A stretch of 64,000 nt of DNA from Camelus ferus (Eukaryota), in assembly GCF_009834535.1 (NCBI RefSeq), contig NC_045696.1:97962001-98026000 (forward strand). The letters run 5' to 3'. How positions within the stretch are numbered: the first letter of the stretch is position 1; each line of letters opens with the position of its first letter. The notes beneath the pieces were generated by a model. The model ran no database searches and was not told the origin of the DNA. It saw only the letters and a program-made list of their open reading frames with translations. A program made the translations under genes and the position numbers. Shown piece by piece: positions 38,839 through 51,809 of this stretch.

Positions 38839-39485
38839 GTAATGATAGTGTATATTTTAAATAATTAATTCCCAAATATGTATCATTAAGTAAGTTATTA
38901 AGTAACTTTGTAAACTTAAAGTAGATAATAAGGTCTCTCCCAAAATTATTCATAGAATCATGTAATAAAACATCTTGACTTTTTTTTTATAACTGCCCAT
39001 AATAGAGCAACATTTGAATTATTGTTCATTTATGAAACAGTCACTAGATTTATTTTTGAACCTTGGAAACTCTAGACACTTTAATCTTCCAATCAGAATC
39101 ATGATTTTTCTACTTCCCATCTTACTACTCGTGAACCTTTACTTTGGAAGGTGGGGAAGAGACTGTAAACTCACATTAGATCTTTCCTTCTTGCTAGTGC
39201 TGCTGATTTAAAAATCAAATAAGCAAATGTTCTTGATAAGGAGAAAATTGAGTTTACGGGGTCTGTGGTCTTTTTGTTAGTATGGCAAGTGAGAGCTCAA
39301 AATTAGAGCCAGACTATATTTTGAAATTGTATGTATGTTTAACAAAGGATTACAGCTTAATTGTTAGCGGTTGTGCTTAAGTACAAAGTGCCCATTTTCA
39401 ACTGTTGTCTCAACTGATTGGGCCAAGTGGATATTCTGATTGTGTATTCTGGCCATAGAGTTATAACAGTTTTCTGTTTTTTTAG

Positions 39486-39621
39486 GCACTCCAATCCAGA
39501 ATTCTTTAAAGGACTTGTGGTCTCTTCTTTCCTTTTTAAAACTTAAACCATTTCTTGATAGAGAATGGTGGCATAGAACAATACAGCGTCCTGTCACAAT
39601 GGGAGATGAAGGAGGACTTAG
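39486..39621 (+). CDS. HLTF: HLTF exon 17 (GTPIQNSLKDLWSLLSFL...GDEGGLR), motif III
   Basis: tag|GC ACT CCA ... CTT AG|gtaagt; 136 nt. Confidence 0.97.
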
Positions 39622-40289
39622 GTAAGTAATTTCATGACAACTGATTAATATTAGCTGCAAATAATTGTTAGCAGCTTGAATCAGTTACCACTTTCATTAC
39701 TATTTTAACCTGACTGTTGGCTTTCCTCTCCAAAAAGTGATTACATCTTAATGCCTTTGACTCCTAAAATCTAGTGATTCTTATTTGAGGAGACAGAAAT
39801 TTCTGACTACTATTAAAAGTTAACCCACCTTTCCCAACATGGTGATAGCCATTTATCAAGGTACTAGGCTAATGTTCAAATTTTTTGCCTAGAGTAGTGG
39901 AATGCCTTGCACTTAGTAGTAGGTGCTTATTCAGAGTTTGAATGTCAAACATTGGGTGGTGTAGTTGACAGAATTGGGAAATAGAAAGGGTTAGTGATTA
40001 GAAAAATGGGGAGAGAAGAGCTTAAGAAAAATGAGGATGAGATAAAAGGTTAAACTAACAGGTATTGAATTGAGAGCAAATTTAAATGTGTTTTGTTGCT
40101 ATAGTTTTTCTGTCTGTAGAATATGTCTTTCATTATCAGATTGAATAAAAACCCCAAAGGATATTTTAAAAGAAAAAAAAAACCTTTACTAAGGTTGTAA
40201 AACAGTAATAAATCAAAATATTTTTTGTTCTCATTGAGTTAACTTATAGAAATAAAAAGTTATATAATTACTTGTTTTATTTTGACTAG

Positions 40290-40469
40290 GCGTTTACAGT
40301 CCCTAATTAAAAATATTACACTTAGAAGAACAAAGACAAGCAAAATTAAAGGAAAACCTGTTTTGGAGTTACCAGAACGTAAAGTATTTATTCAGCACAT
40401 TACACTTTCAGAGGAAGAGAGAAAGATTTATCAGTCTGTGAAAAATGAAGGCAGAGCTACTATTGGAAG
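40290..40469 (+). CDS. HLTF: HLTF exon 18 (RLQSLIKNITLRRTK...ATIGR)
   Basis: tag|G CGT TTA ... GGA AG|gtatgg; 180 nt. Confidence 0.97.
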
Positions 40470-41654
40470 GTATGGAGAAAGAAAGTCTTTTTAGAAAACA
40501 GTTTTTTTCTTTGTTAACATTTAATTGAATAATATTTTTTAGATATAAAGTCTTAAATACACTGACGTATAAATTGTTTCTTTAGCTACTTAAACTACTT
40601 TTTATGAACTAATGGTTGAAGTGAGTGAAATAAATAATTCACCAGGTAAGTAATTCTTAAAGTTAGGAAAAAATATAAAATTTACATGAAATGGCAAGTT
40701 TTGAATTACTAGTCAGAAGACCTTGCTTACTTCTGTCCCTGGTTCTGTGTCATGGGAGAAGATTCAAAACATTGAGAAGAGTATATATAGAGAAAATAAA
40801 CCTATTAAGGACCAAAACTTGGAGGAATGTCCACGTTTCAGACAATAAGGAGGATCCATTGGAAGAGATTCTGTCAAGGGGAGAAGTATGAAGAAAGGAG
40901 AGAAAACTCATAGAATCTCGGTAAAGACAGCGTAATCAAGAAAGAGGGAATGGTCAGTAGTGTCACATAGTGCAGAGGCTTAGTAAAGGCTATTTAATTT
41001 GGTGATTCAGAAGTTAACTCCCAGAATAGTTTCACGATAATAATGAGACATGTAGCCAAATTGTAGGAGTAAGGGGATTGTGAAGTAGAGCAGCTGTAGG
41101 GATAGACCATTTTTCACGATTTGTCTTTAAAAGTGAGGAAAAAACTGAGATTGGTAGATAGGGTAGATAGTTGGCTGCTAGATCAATTTTTTTATGATTT
41201 TATTTGTGTCACTACTTTGAGAGGAAGAGAACATGGAAGAGACTACCAGCAGAAAAGAGAATAAAGCAAATTGTTAGAGAAAAATAAAGCCTAGTATGGA
41301 GGTAGATAATAGCAAGAGTATAATCAGTGAACTGTGAGACAAGAGTATCTGCAGAGTAAGGTAATGGGAAGTTGAGGAAGGTAGACTGGGTTTGCAGCCA
41401 TTGCATAAAAGTAAGGTTTTTAGAGTGTTAGGCTTCAGTTGGTGTGGAATATATGTGAAAGTTAAATCAATACTACTTTCCAACCACACATGGAAATCTG
41501 GGAATAGGAACTAACGGAGTATAGATTAAAGATATTGGGGATTGGTAGAAGGTGAGACATTCTGGTTCAAGCAAAGAGCATGTTTGATATGCATACCTGT
41601 AGGAACCAGAATGAGTAGGAGACAAGTGAAGACAAAGCAGGGCTGAGAATATAG

Positions 41655-41813
41655 GGGATATTCTGTATCTTGTAGTAGCTTACAGTGAAAAAGAATATGA
41701 AAATGAATATATATATGTTCAGGTATGACGGAAGCATTGTGCTGTATACCAGAAATTGATACAACATTGTAAACTGACTATACTTTAATAAAAACAAAAA
41801 ATCAGGAAAAAAA
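41655..41813 (+). mobile_element. 5'-truncated L1 3' end in sense orientation with a 9-bp TSD
   Basis: AGAATATAG at 41646-41654 and 41814-41822; ends ...AACTGACTATACTTTAATAAAAAC plus A-rich tail. Confidence 0.85.
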
Positions 41814-41949
41814 AGAATATAGAAGAATCTTCAAAAAATAAGAACTTCAGTGACGTACAAAGCAGATTTAATAGGAATTAGAAAGATTGTTCTACGCAGG
41901 AGATTTCAGAGCTCAAAATCTTACAGTGGTGATTGAAATTCCCTTCATA

Positions 41950-43020
41950 GTCATTCTTTCAGCTTAAATGTATTAAGTGTCTGTGTGCTAGACACTGTTA
42001 CACACATTGGGATACAGTGGAATAAAATAGACAAAAATCTCTACCGTCAAGGAGTTTATATTTCAGTGGGATGAAATAGATGATAAAACAATTAAATTCT
42101 ATGGGAAAAAAGTAAAACCAAGAAAGGAGATAGGGAGTGCTGAAGCTGTTTTTATAGAGTATTCAGGGAAGACATCACTGAGAAGGTGATATGTGGGAAA
42201 AGATCTAATGGAGATTGAGAATGGGGACATTTCTGGCAGAGGGGAACAGCAAGTGTAAAGGCCCTGACTTGGGAGCATACCTGAAGAACTTGAGCACCAA
42301 AGAGGCAAGTGTGACTGCATAATATAAGCAAGATGGAAAGCAGTGATATCAGAAAGTTATTGGAGTAGGGGTGGATGACAAAGTATGTAAGGCATTGTGG
42401 AATATTTCACGGACCTTGGCTTTTATTTTTTATGAGATTTGGGAACCTTTGAATGGTTTTGGGCCAGGAAAGTGACTTAATTTTATATTTTTAAAAGATC
42501 ACTGGCTCCTGTGTCAAGACTTAGATTTTAGGCATAAGGCATAAATAAGGAGAACAGTAGCAAAAATCAGAGTAAGAGATGATGGTGTTTTTTACTACAG
42601 TAGTAGTGACGAAGGGAGTGAGAAATGCCTGGATTCTGTTATATTTTGAAGGTAGAGCCAACAGAACTTGCTGATTGATAGAATATGGGGTGTGAGAGAG
42701 GAGAGAAAGGTAACTCCAAGGTTTTTCACATGAGTGACTAGAAGGGTAGAATGGCCATTTGCAGCATAAGTATGGGAGCAGTAGAGTTTTTTCAGGAAAG
42801 ATGAGAAACTCAGCTTCGGACACATTGATTATGTGATGCCTATGCATAAATTTCCAAGTGGAGATCTTGCAAAATCACTTGAATGTGAGATTAGAGTTCA
42901 TGAGGATGTTCTTGGTTTGATACAAATTTGAAAGTCATCTGTGTGTAAATGATGGTAATTAAAGCCAGGAGATTGAGTAAGATCACCACGAGAATGCATG
43001 AAGTTAGGAAAGAGTTTTAA
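41950..43020 (-). mobile_element. L2 LINE 3' region
   Basis: TGTGTGCTAGACACTGTT...TGGGATACAGTGGAATAAAATAGACAAAAATCTCT; TATTTTGAAGGTAGAGCCAACAGAACTTGCTGAT. Confidence 0.85.
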
Positions 43021-43199
43021 CAATACTGTAAGCTGGTGAAGGTAGGAGGAGGCTTCTGCTTCCATTATGTGGCACTCAAAATAAATTTTTTAAACTGAAA
43101 TGCTGATTATCATTGTAAGATGTGACCATGCCAGGGAATAATTAGACTGTTGGTAAAACTTAATTAAACTGTGTTCTCAGAGAAAGATGTTATTTTAAA

Positions 43200-43745
43200 A
43201 ATATTTAATAGGTAATACATTTACTAATGTTTATTTGGTACTTACCAGATATTATGCATTCATCTAAGTGTGTTATTCATACTAATCCTATTAAGTCAGC
43301 AGAAGGATTACCTACATTTTACAGAAAAAGGATCTGAAGCACAGAGCAGTTAGGTAACTTGTACTGTGTCACACAGCTAGTGAGTGACAGAGCTGGTATG
43401 TAAGTTCAGGCACTTTGATTCTAGAATTTGTAAGTTTAATCTTTATATTGCTTATTTCTTGCATTCCTGAATATTGAGAAGCATTTGTTGTCCTACTACA
43501 ACTCTTATTAATATCAGCAGATAAATATCATTTACTGTAGTCCAGGCACTATTAAATGTTTTGCAAGTATTAACTTTTTTAAAACTACAGTCCTATGAGG
43601 TATGTGTTATGCCACTGTTAAAGCCGAGGAGGCTCAAGACATGGGTTGAGAAACCTGCCCAGGGTTTCAGTTAAATTGGCAGAGCCAGGTTTTGAATTCA
43701 GACAGTCTAGCTCTGGAGGCTGTGTTCCTAACCATTAAGTTATAT
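43200..43745 (-). mobile_element. Two tandem MIR SINEs
   Basis: Two MIR cores, at ~43320-43430 and ~43625-43735. Confidence 0.75.
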
Positions 43746-45125
43746 TTCTTCTATTGTCTTAATATTTAAATGTCAGATTACCTTGATATATAGTTTTTGG
43801 ATCACCTACTCTTTCTCCAGAGCTGGTGTTATCTTTGTTCTACTATATTTTATATTGAATATTTCTGTGGGAAAACTTTATTCTTTAAAGTCCAGCAATT
43901 TGACCAGGACCTCTGTTGGTTTTTTTCTGAAACATATGGTACGATTTAAATCTGTAGATTCTAGGCTTCCCCACCCCCCACTCCTCTTTCTGTAAAGTTT
44001 TCTTAAATACTATTTTCTGTCCCATTATTTTATTTTTCTCTCTGTATGTGGGATATTCTTTGTTTTCCATAGGTATCATTTTATTCTAATCCTTTACATC
44101 CTTCTGCTTAATTTTGCTTTTCTCATTCCTGTTCCCCATGTTCTTTCCTGTGTTTTTATCAGTAGCCAGTCTCTTTTATGCTGGCTTCACTGTGACTTTC
44201 TCTGCATTCACTTTTCTATTTCACACTCTTTAGCTGTATCAGCTCATCTTTCATCTCTGTTCTGTTTTGCTGTACCTTTTCAAAGTTCTTTGTCTCTGCT
44301 TTAAGCATTTTTTTTTTAGGAGGAACTGTTTTATTGAATGGTGTTAAATCATGGCAGTACTCTTGGTCATAATTTTTATTTGCTATATGGCAACATTTTT
44401 CTGGTGTTTTCTTTTGTTGCCGTTTGTTCTCTCCCTTGCTCTTTACTACTGATTATTACTCATATTTGAATGCATTGAGTTCTTTTTGGACTAGTTATTT
44501 GCAAGAGATTCATATGAAGGGATAGGGGTCATAGCTGTATCCCTGACTAGCAGGAAATATATCTCTATTTAATTATGGCTCAAGGTTACATGTGAGTTCT
44601 TTCAGGTTTTACTTATGCTTATAAAGCGGGATCAGAAGCTTCAGGGTTCCTTGCAATAGGCAGTGCTGTGTCCATTGTCATTTCTGAAAACACAGTAGGT
44701 TCGTGTCTTTTCTTATTCAGCTTGCCTCCCTTCTTTCTTGGTATAAACTTGTCCAGGGATGTTCAAGCCATGAACCATGCACTCTGTTTTTATTTCTGCA
44801 AATAAGAGATGATGATTTTCTCCTCAGGGCATGCTGTTTATTTTGAAGAATTCTGCTCTGGCAGGTCTGCTTGAGCTCTGCAGTCATATCTCTTGGAATC
44901 TTCCTGTTTGACTTTCACCGCAGTTGGCAGCCATTTCTCATATATTCTACTTTATTGTCACAAATCTCTCCTGGTTTCGTTAAAGATAGAGTTTACTTTT
45001 CTGTTTTCCATTCTGTTTTGAAGTGATTTCCAGAGAAGAAGAGAACAATGCCATTTTTTCCCACTGTTTTAGAATAGGAAGTATTGTTTAGAGGCCCTCA
45101 TAATATTTAACGTTTTTACCTCTAG

Positions 45126-45250
45126 GTATTTTAATGAAGGGACTGTCCTTGCACACTATGCAGATGTCCTGGGTCTTTTGCTTAGATTGCGGCAGATTTG
45201 TTGTCATACTCACCTTCTTACAAATGCAGTGTCTTCCAGTGGTCCCTCAG
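45126..45250 (+). CDS. HLTF: HLTF exon 19 (YFNEGTVLAHYADVLGLLLRLRQICCH...SSGPS)
   Basis: tag|G TAT TTT ... TCA G|gtaggt; 125 nt. Confidence 0.97.
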
Positions 45251-45729
45251 GTAGGTATATGCAATTGGTTTACACATCATATTATTAGAGATATTTAAAT
45301 CAGAATGAGAAACCTTTCATATGGCCTAAATTTAGTTTATTTGTCAAGTGGACATTGTTTTTAGTATAGGACTCAACTAGAAATGTACTCAAGAATCTCT
45401 TAACAATGAAATGGAATATTAATGAGGTCTTTCAGGATTTCCAGTGATAGATGAAAGATCAGATTGGGTCAGCCTTTTATTCTGTGTTACCTGCAGACTG
45501 TGTTATAATGATGCTTCTGTGTAATGTATGTTAAGTGGGTTCACTACTATTTTAGCTTCTGGATTTTTCTTAAAATTTCAGATTTAAGTCATGCTTTTTG
45601 CCTATGGTTAAAAAAAAAAAGACTAAAGACTACCTAAGCAAAACTTTTTCCTATATAAGAAAGATTAACAACTTGTCTAGTCATATTACAAGTCTTGCTC
45701 TGAAATTAATTTTTCAGCCTTTTCTCTAG

Positions 45730-45908
45730 GAAATGATACACCTGAAGAACTACGGAAGACATTAATAAGGAAGATGAAGTTAATTCTGAGCTCAGGTTCC
45801 GATGAGGAATGTGCAATTTGCTTGGATTCTTTAACAGTTCCTGTCATAACATATTGTGCACATGTCTTTTGTAAACCCTGTATTTGCCAAGTCATTCAGA
45901 ATGAACAG
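45730..45908 (+). CDS. HLTF: HLTF exon 20 (GNDTPEELRK...CAICLDSLTVPVITYCAHVFCKPCICQVIQNEQ), RING
   Basis: tag|GA AAT GAT ... GAA CAG|gttagt; 179 nt; alternative in-frame acceptor at 45718. Confidence 0.95.
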
Positions 45909-46234
45909 GTTAGTTTTATGCTCAGTACAGATACAGTGTTTGATGGAGTAGTGTTCTAGTGTTGAGTGTAATGGAGACCCAAGTCTAGCAGACTATGAAG
46001 AGTTTTGTACTTGGATTTACTAATACACCTTTTATAGTTAATTATGTGTTTTAATAGTTGATATATTTCTTATATTTAAGCCCTTTTAACATAAAAAGAC
46101 GTGCTTTTGGAGGTATGTTTCAGAGTCAGTATTCTAGTTTCACTAACTCTTTAGATCATCTCTAAGAAATAGATTGATACTGTGAAACAAAGATAATTTA
46201 AAATTTTCTAATAAAACGAAGTTAATTCTTACAA

Positions 46235-46422
46235 TACATTTTTATTTATCTAAAATGTAAAAATTGTTGAGATACTTTACATGATTTTTTTTAAACTTAA
46301 GTGTTCTAAAATTGGTGGTATTGTATACTTACAACACATCTCAATTTGGCTTTGCCACATTTCAGTGGCTTACTGGCTGCTTGTGGCTGTTAGCTATCAA
46401 ACTGTATCTAGGTAGGTCTAGA
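46235..46422. mobile_element. MER3/MER33-like hAT MITE fragment
   Basis: TACTTACAACACATCTCAATTTGG...GCCACATTTCAGTGGCT...TGTGGCTGTTAGCTA. Confidence 0.65.
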
Positions 46423-47207
46423 CTCATGTAAAGTGGAATAATCCTTTAAGGATTATTCCTCCTTCTGAGGTATAATTTTTTTAAACATTTTTATTGAGAT
46501 GTACTTATAGGGAAAAGTACACATCATGATTGTTCAGCTCAGTGAATTATGAAGTAATCATATCCATGTAACTACTACTTAGATCTTCCTGTGTTCCCTC
46601 CCAATCATTACTCTCTCCCTCCTCCTACTATGCTGACTTCTAACTATGCTGATTCTGTTTTAGTTTCAGAATCTTTTTTATTGTAATGGTATTTGGTATG
46701 TAGTTATTTTAGAGATAATCTTATTAGTATGCCTTGATACAAAATGGGCACAATGGATAATTGCTTTGAATGAACCTGATAGGATTGAACAGATCTAGAC
46801 TCGCTTTATAAGCTATTGAAAAGTTTTTTGTTTTTTTGTTTTTTTGGGGTTTTTTTGCTTCTAAAGAATAGTTCCAACTAATACATTGTAGTTAGAGTCA
46901 AGAAACTTTTATTCATGGTTCATGGTTTCTTTACATGCCTGCAAATAGTATAATATTTATTGTTTCAGGCTCTTACTGCTAGCCAAGATCGCATACTTTT
47001 CCTCTTTTTTACTCATCCCACTTACCACATTAGAACATTATATCTGCCTGTATAGATTTATCTTAAATGGATGAATCTAATAAAAGTTTAAATAAAATGC
47101 TGGGTATTAGGGATACAGAACTTACCATGCTCTATAAAAATTTTAGACAAATGTATATTTCTATTCCTTTGTTAAGTATCACTCATACTTTGTTTTTTCT
47201 TCTATAG

Positions 47208-47333
47208 CCACATGCTAAATGCCCTTTATGCAGAAATGATATACATGGAGACAATTTATTAGAATGTCCTCCAGAAGAATTGGCATGTGACACTGAGAAA
47301 AAGTCTAATATGGAATGGACATCCAGTTCAAAG
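47208..47333 (+). CDS. HLTF: HLTF exon 21 (PHAKCPLCRNDIHG...EWTSSSK), end of RING
   Basis: tag|CCA CAT ... TCA AAG|gtaaaa; 126 nt. Confidence 0.97.
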
Positions 47334-47651
47334 GTAAAACACACATGCACAAATATTTGAGTATTTGCTTTACATTTATATAAAGAAATACCATATTTAG
47401 AAATAATAATTTTGCTTCCAGTGCATGTAATTGTGAGTATTATACTCTGTTGGTGGTTACTGGCTTTATGTTTATTTCTAGTAGTGAATTTGAGAGGAAA
47501 GAGAAAGGGAGGGTTCACATATGATAATATTCTTTTAGTCTTAAATTTTAAAAAAAAATTAGTGGTCTTTTGCATTGTAGGGAGGTAATATGGCAGGACC
47601 TTTCTCTTCCAATTCAAAATGGAATTTAATGGGTATTCTAATTTTTTTCAG

Positions 47652-47764
47652 ATTAATGCTCTAATGCATGCATTGATTGACTTAAGAAAGAAGAACCCCA
47701 ACATAAAAAGTTTAGTTGTTTCTCAGTTTACAACATTCCTGTCTTTAATAGAAACACCACTCAG
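47652..47764 (+). CDS. HLTF: HLTF exon 22 (INALMHALIDLRKKNPNIKSLVVSQFTTFLSLIETPLR)
   Basis: cag|ATT AAT ... CTC AG|gtaagt; 113 nt. Confidence 0.97.
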
Positions 47765-48123
47765 GTAAGTTCAACAGTGGTTCTCACTTTGAGCAAAGGG
47801 ATTTTATATAAATGTTTTAATTTGCATTAAACCATTGGATTAAACCAAAAAAATTTTGTTTTACCAGTTTTATTCATTTCATCTATCTAAAATAAGTCAG
47901 TCACAATAAAGAATATTCCTAGGAACTTAGGATTCTAATGGTAAAGTGCTGAATTTATAGGGAAAAAGTTGACTCAGAGCTTGACATATTAATAGATGAT
48001 TGGTAAATACTTGTTTCAGAATAGAAAAGTGAAGTAATTGGTTGAATGAAAAGATTTAAAATTACTTAACATGTCTTTATAGTGTAGCTAAGTATTCCTT
48101 GTCTCTTTTGTCCCCTCCATTAG

Positions 48124-48304
48124 AGCTTCTGGATTTGTATTTACTCGTTTGGATGGTTCCATGGCCCAAAAGAAAAGAGTGGAATCAATTCAGTGTTTTC
48201 AAAACACTGAAGCTGGATCTCCAACTATAATGCTTCTATCCTTAAAAGCAGGTGGAGTTGGTTTGAATCTTTCTGCAGCTTCTCGAGTGTTTTTAATGGA
48301 TCCA
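48124..48304 (+). CDS. HLTF: HLTF exon 23 (ASGFVFTRLDGSM...SLKAGGVGLNLSAASRVFLMDP), motif V
   Basis: tag|A GCT TCT ... GAT CCA|gtaagt; 181 nt. Confidence 0.97.
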
Positions 48305-48469
48305 GTAAGTAGTTCTGTAGACTTTTTGGTATGTTACTACTTCTTAAAAAAAAAAAAAAAAAAAAAAACAAACCAAAAACTATATGTTAAGTGCGTTTAT
48401 AATTATAACTGATTGTGAAAATTCTGAGGCAAACTTGAGAGGTAGATAATCTCATTAAAAATGGAGGGC

Positions 48470-48660
48470 TCTCGTAAGTGCTTTACATATATCAACTGAA
48501 ATTCTCACAGCATCTCTGTAAAGTAGATCTTGTTACTATCCTCATTTTTCAGGTGAGGAAACTGAAACATAGAGAAGTGAAATTACTTGCCTCATCACAG
48601 AGCTAGTAATATACAAACCAGGATTAGAGTCCATGTTTATAAGTATTGTGCCGTGCTTTT
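48470..48660 (-). mobile_element. MIR SINE
   Basis: CTCATTTTTCAGGTGAGGAAACTGAAACATAGAGAAGTGAAATTACTTGCC. Confidence 0.85.
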
Positions 48661-48825
48661 CCGTTCTACATACAGAATAAATTTCTGTGAACTCTAATGC
48701 CTTAGGGAACTGTTTTCATTGGCTCAGCTAGTGAATAATGAGATCCTGCTTTGTGTCAGGGAATTTCACAGGCACTAGGAATCTGGCTATAAACAAGATA
48801 GACAAAGTAGCCACCATCATGGTGC

Positions 48826-48992
48826 TAATGGTCTCAAGCTTTAATGTGCATAAGAATTAGGTAAATGCAATTTCTGACCTCTGTCCTCAGACTTAGGAGT
48901 TCTTTGATGAGACATAGGAAGCTGCATTTTTATATAGACCATAGGTGATTTAGGTGCAGGTGGTTCAGCATCACATTTTTATAAACAAATAC
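48826..48992. mobile_element. MER5-like hAT MITE
   Basis: GGTCTCAAGCTTTAATGTGCATAAGAAT...TGCATTTTTA...AGGTGATT...TGCAGGTGGT. Confidence 0.6.
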
Positions 48993-51322
48993 CATTAATG
49001 GAATGTTTTGGGTAAATTTTAGTGTCTAATGCAATGCAATTGCTGTGTGCAATACAGGTCTAGGGTAGAATGGGAGCTAGAATTCACTCTAAACTTGATG
49101 CACCAAACTGTGTGACTTAGAGCTGCAATCCACATAGGAGCACTTTTTCTCCTAATTGCACAAAGGGGCTTTTTGGACTGGAAGCAATCTGAACTAATTC
49201 AGTTTCTAATTTGCACTGGGTACTGTCTGAGCTAGAGGCAGCCCTATGCTATTTCTGTGCATTCACAGATCTAAGATTTGTGGTTTTAGCTTGTCTGAAA
49301 CTCAGAAAATTCATAATATAAAGAAATTTTACTAAGATACGAATTTTGAGTTATTCTGCTTAAAGCTATCCAGTTGAAGCATTTACCTGTTACCAGAGCT
49401 TTTTTTCCTCACCTGAGGGTAACCTTTCTGGTAATACTACAACCAGAGCCATGCTTAGGCATTCATGGCTTTCATGTTAATGCCACGAGGGTAGCGGTGG
49501 TCTGTCGTATTTTCTTGTCTCAGTTCTATGGATGAAGTTTTAAATCTTTGCTAGAGTTTTAGTTTACGATTGTTATAAAAAATATTCATTGGAACTACAG
49601 ATTAAGTTACCTGTTAGCTAACCTGATGATAATCCTAGAAGCTGATTTTTGAAACAGATTCCCCAATTTTTTTTTCCTTTGGTTAAAATCTTAGTACTTG
49701 ATAAGGAAGAGGTTGTTAATACCAAAAACAGTAATTTAATTAGTGTTATAAGGTTGATCAGAGATTAAACTCTTTAACAGTTACACTTTCAGAAAACAGA
49801 ATGTTTTAGCAATTTCATAGTAAGTTGATCATTTTTCATTGAACATTTCAATCTTTGACATGTTGCTTCTAACTTAAAAAGAAAATCCAGGCCCTAGAAA
49901 GAAAATATTCAGTAAAAAAAAATGCTCGTGAAAATATTTTACCTCTTCATGGAATATTATATAAAAGTTAGGGTGTATTTTGATGTTCAATTATGAGTTT
50001 TTGATAAAGCTATTGCTTTCTTTATCACTGTATGTGAGAATGGGAGCTATCAATTTTATATTATCATGAAATAAGTTGTTTTATACATCTAGTCATACTT
50101 GATATGTATTGCCAGCTCACCATAAGGTTCCTAGACTGAATACAGACAACAGAAAGGAACATTGTATCTGAGCTCTTGGTATAATGGTTTCAAAATATGT
50201 CCAATCGTAAAATAAAAAATACTCACAGAATATGACTGTTAGTTTTAGAAAATCATAACCGAAATAAGTCTTTTAAATCTAAGTTCTATACTGAAAAACA
50301 ATCCCACAACCAAATTAGAGCAAGTTAATAGTAAAATCTGCTTTTCTCTTAACTCTCAAGGGAACTTTAAACAGAAGATAACTGCCTAAGTCATACTATA
50401 CACTTGTTCCATCTACATATGCATTTATGATTTTGTTTCTATTTTCAGGTGGTACTTTGCTGTATAAATGTTCCTTTTCTTCAAAACATCCTGTCTTTAG
50501 CTTCAAGAACCACTCAATAGTTTAATTTAACTTTTAATGATCTCTACCCTGACAGTTCATGATAATATTTCAAAACCACTTGACTCCTATCTTTCTAGAC
50601 CGAAGAGCTCTATATCCTTTTGCTTATTCTTCCCTTTTCATTGCTTCATTGTTTTATTCTTCACCTTAATACAGTCCCGATGATAATGCCTATGTTAATT
50701 AGTTAATGTTACTTTTTTAGTTCAATTTTGAAGTCATACTGATTTCAAATATAGATACTGAAAATTGTGTCAATGAAGTCTTAAATAATTTTGGGGACTT
50801 TTGATTACTTCTGAAATCTTGTGCTGTTACATAATGAATGGAGGAACATGAAAGAAAAAGTACCAAAGACCATCAAAAAGGAGAAAACTTTTTCATAAAT
50901 GGACCTGGTTACCAATCTTTTCTAATGTAAATTAAGTCACTTAAGAGGATGTGTAAATTTGTTTTTCTCTGTTAAACATACATAGTTTGACTTTAAAATG
51001 GGGGGGGGGGAGGCAGAAAGATATTATTTGATTAATCAGCAACCATTTATATGGCGTGTTGTATCAGGCCCTGTATTAGATACTAGGAAGTGGTGGAGTG
51101 AAATGACAGTGGAGAGAGAATATCTGCCTGTCATAGTAGTGATTGGAGGAGGCTGAGGGGATGTGTGGATTTTTTTCCCCAGAGCATTTATAATGTCAGT
51201 GTCTGAATTCATTCAGAAGGATTTCAGTCAATAAAAGGTGAATGAATAATACTGCAACAAAAGAATATGCACAGAACACTCACAGATCAGGGTGGTAATA
51301 ATGCAGCTCGTGTTCTTATTAG

Positions 51323-51403
51323 GCCTGGAATCCAGCGGCTGAAGATCAGTGCTTTGACAGATGCCATAGACTTGGCCAGAAGCAAGAAGTTATCATCACA
51401 AAA
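51323..51403 (+). CDS. HLTF: HLTF exon 24 (AWNPAAEDQCFDRCHRLGQKQEVIITK), motif VI
   Basis: tag|GCC TGG ... ACA AAA|gtgagt; 81 nt. Confidence 0.97.
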
Positions 51404-51809
51404 GTGAGTTTTTAAGACATCTATTTTAAAATTAGGTTGATACGGTTTTTAAAATTATATAAATACTGCATTAATATATTATTGTAGAAGATTGAAATAG
51501 AATTATGCAGAGCAAAATATTAAGATCTGCTTTTTAGAAGGAAACCACCATCAATAGTTTAACATATGGCATTCAGAGTTTCTTTCTCTGTGTTTATATA
51601 CATTCATACTTAACATCTGTGTGTAAATTTCAAAAATTTCTTTTCAGGTAAATGGGATCATACTTTATTATTTTGCAGACTTTTTTTTTATCCCCCTTAA
51701 CTGTATATGTTGGAGACTACCATATAAGAACATACAGATCAAACCTATTCTTTTTTTCTCCATCATGGTAAAATATACATAATACAATATTTACCATCTC
51801 AACTGGGTT

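Noticed and set aside
47183..47617. Minus-strand ORFs overlapping HLTF exons (also 19032, 25548, 39364, 45686, 59483)
   Set aside because: Antisense shadows of real exons with no independent coding signal.
49483..49497. CTCF-like motif CCACGAGGGTAGCG
   Set aside because: Mismatches the conserved GGC core; too weak without ChIP data.
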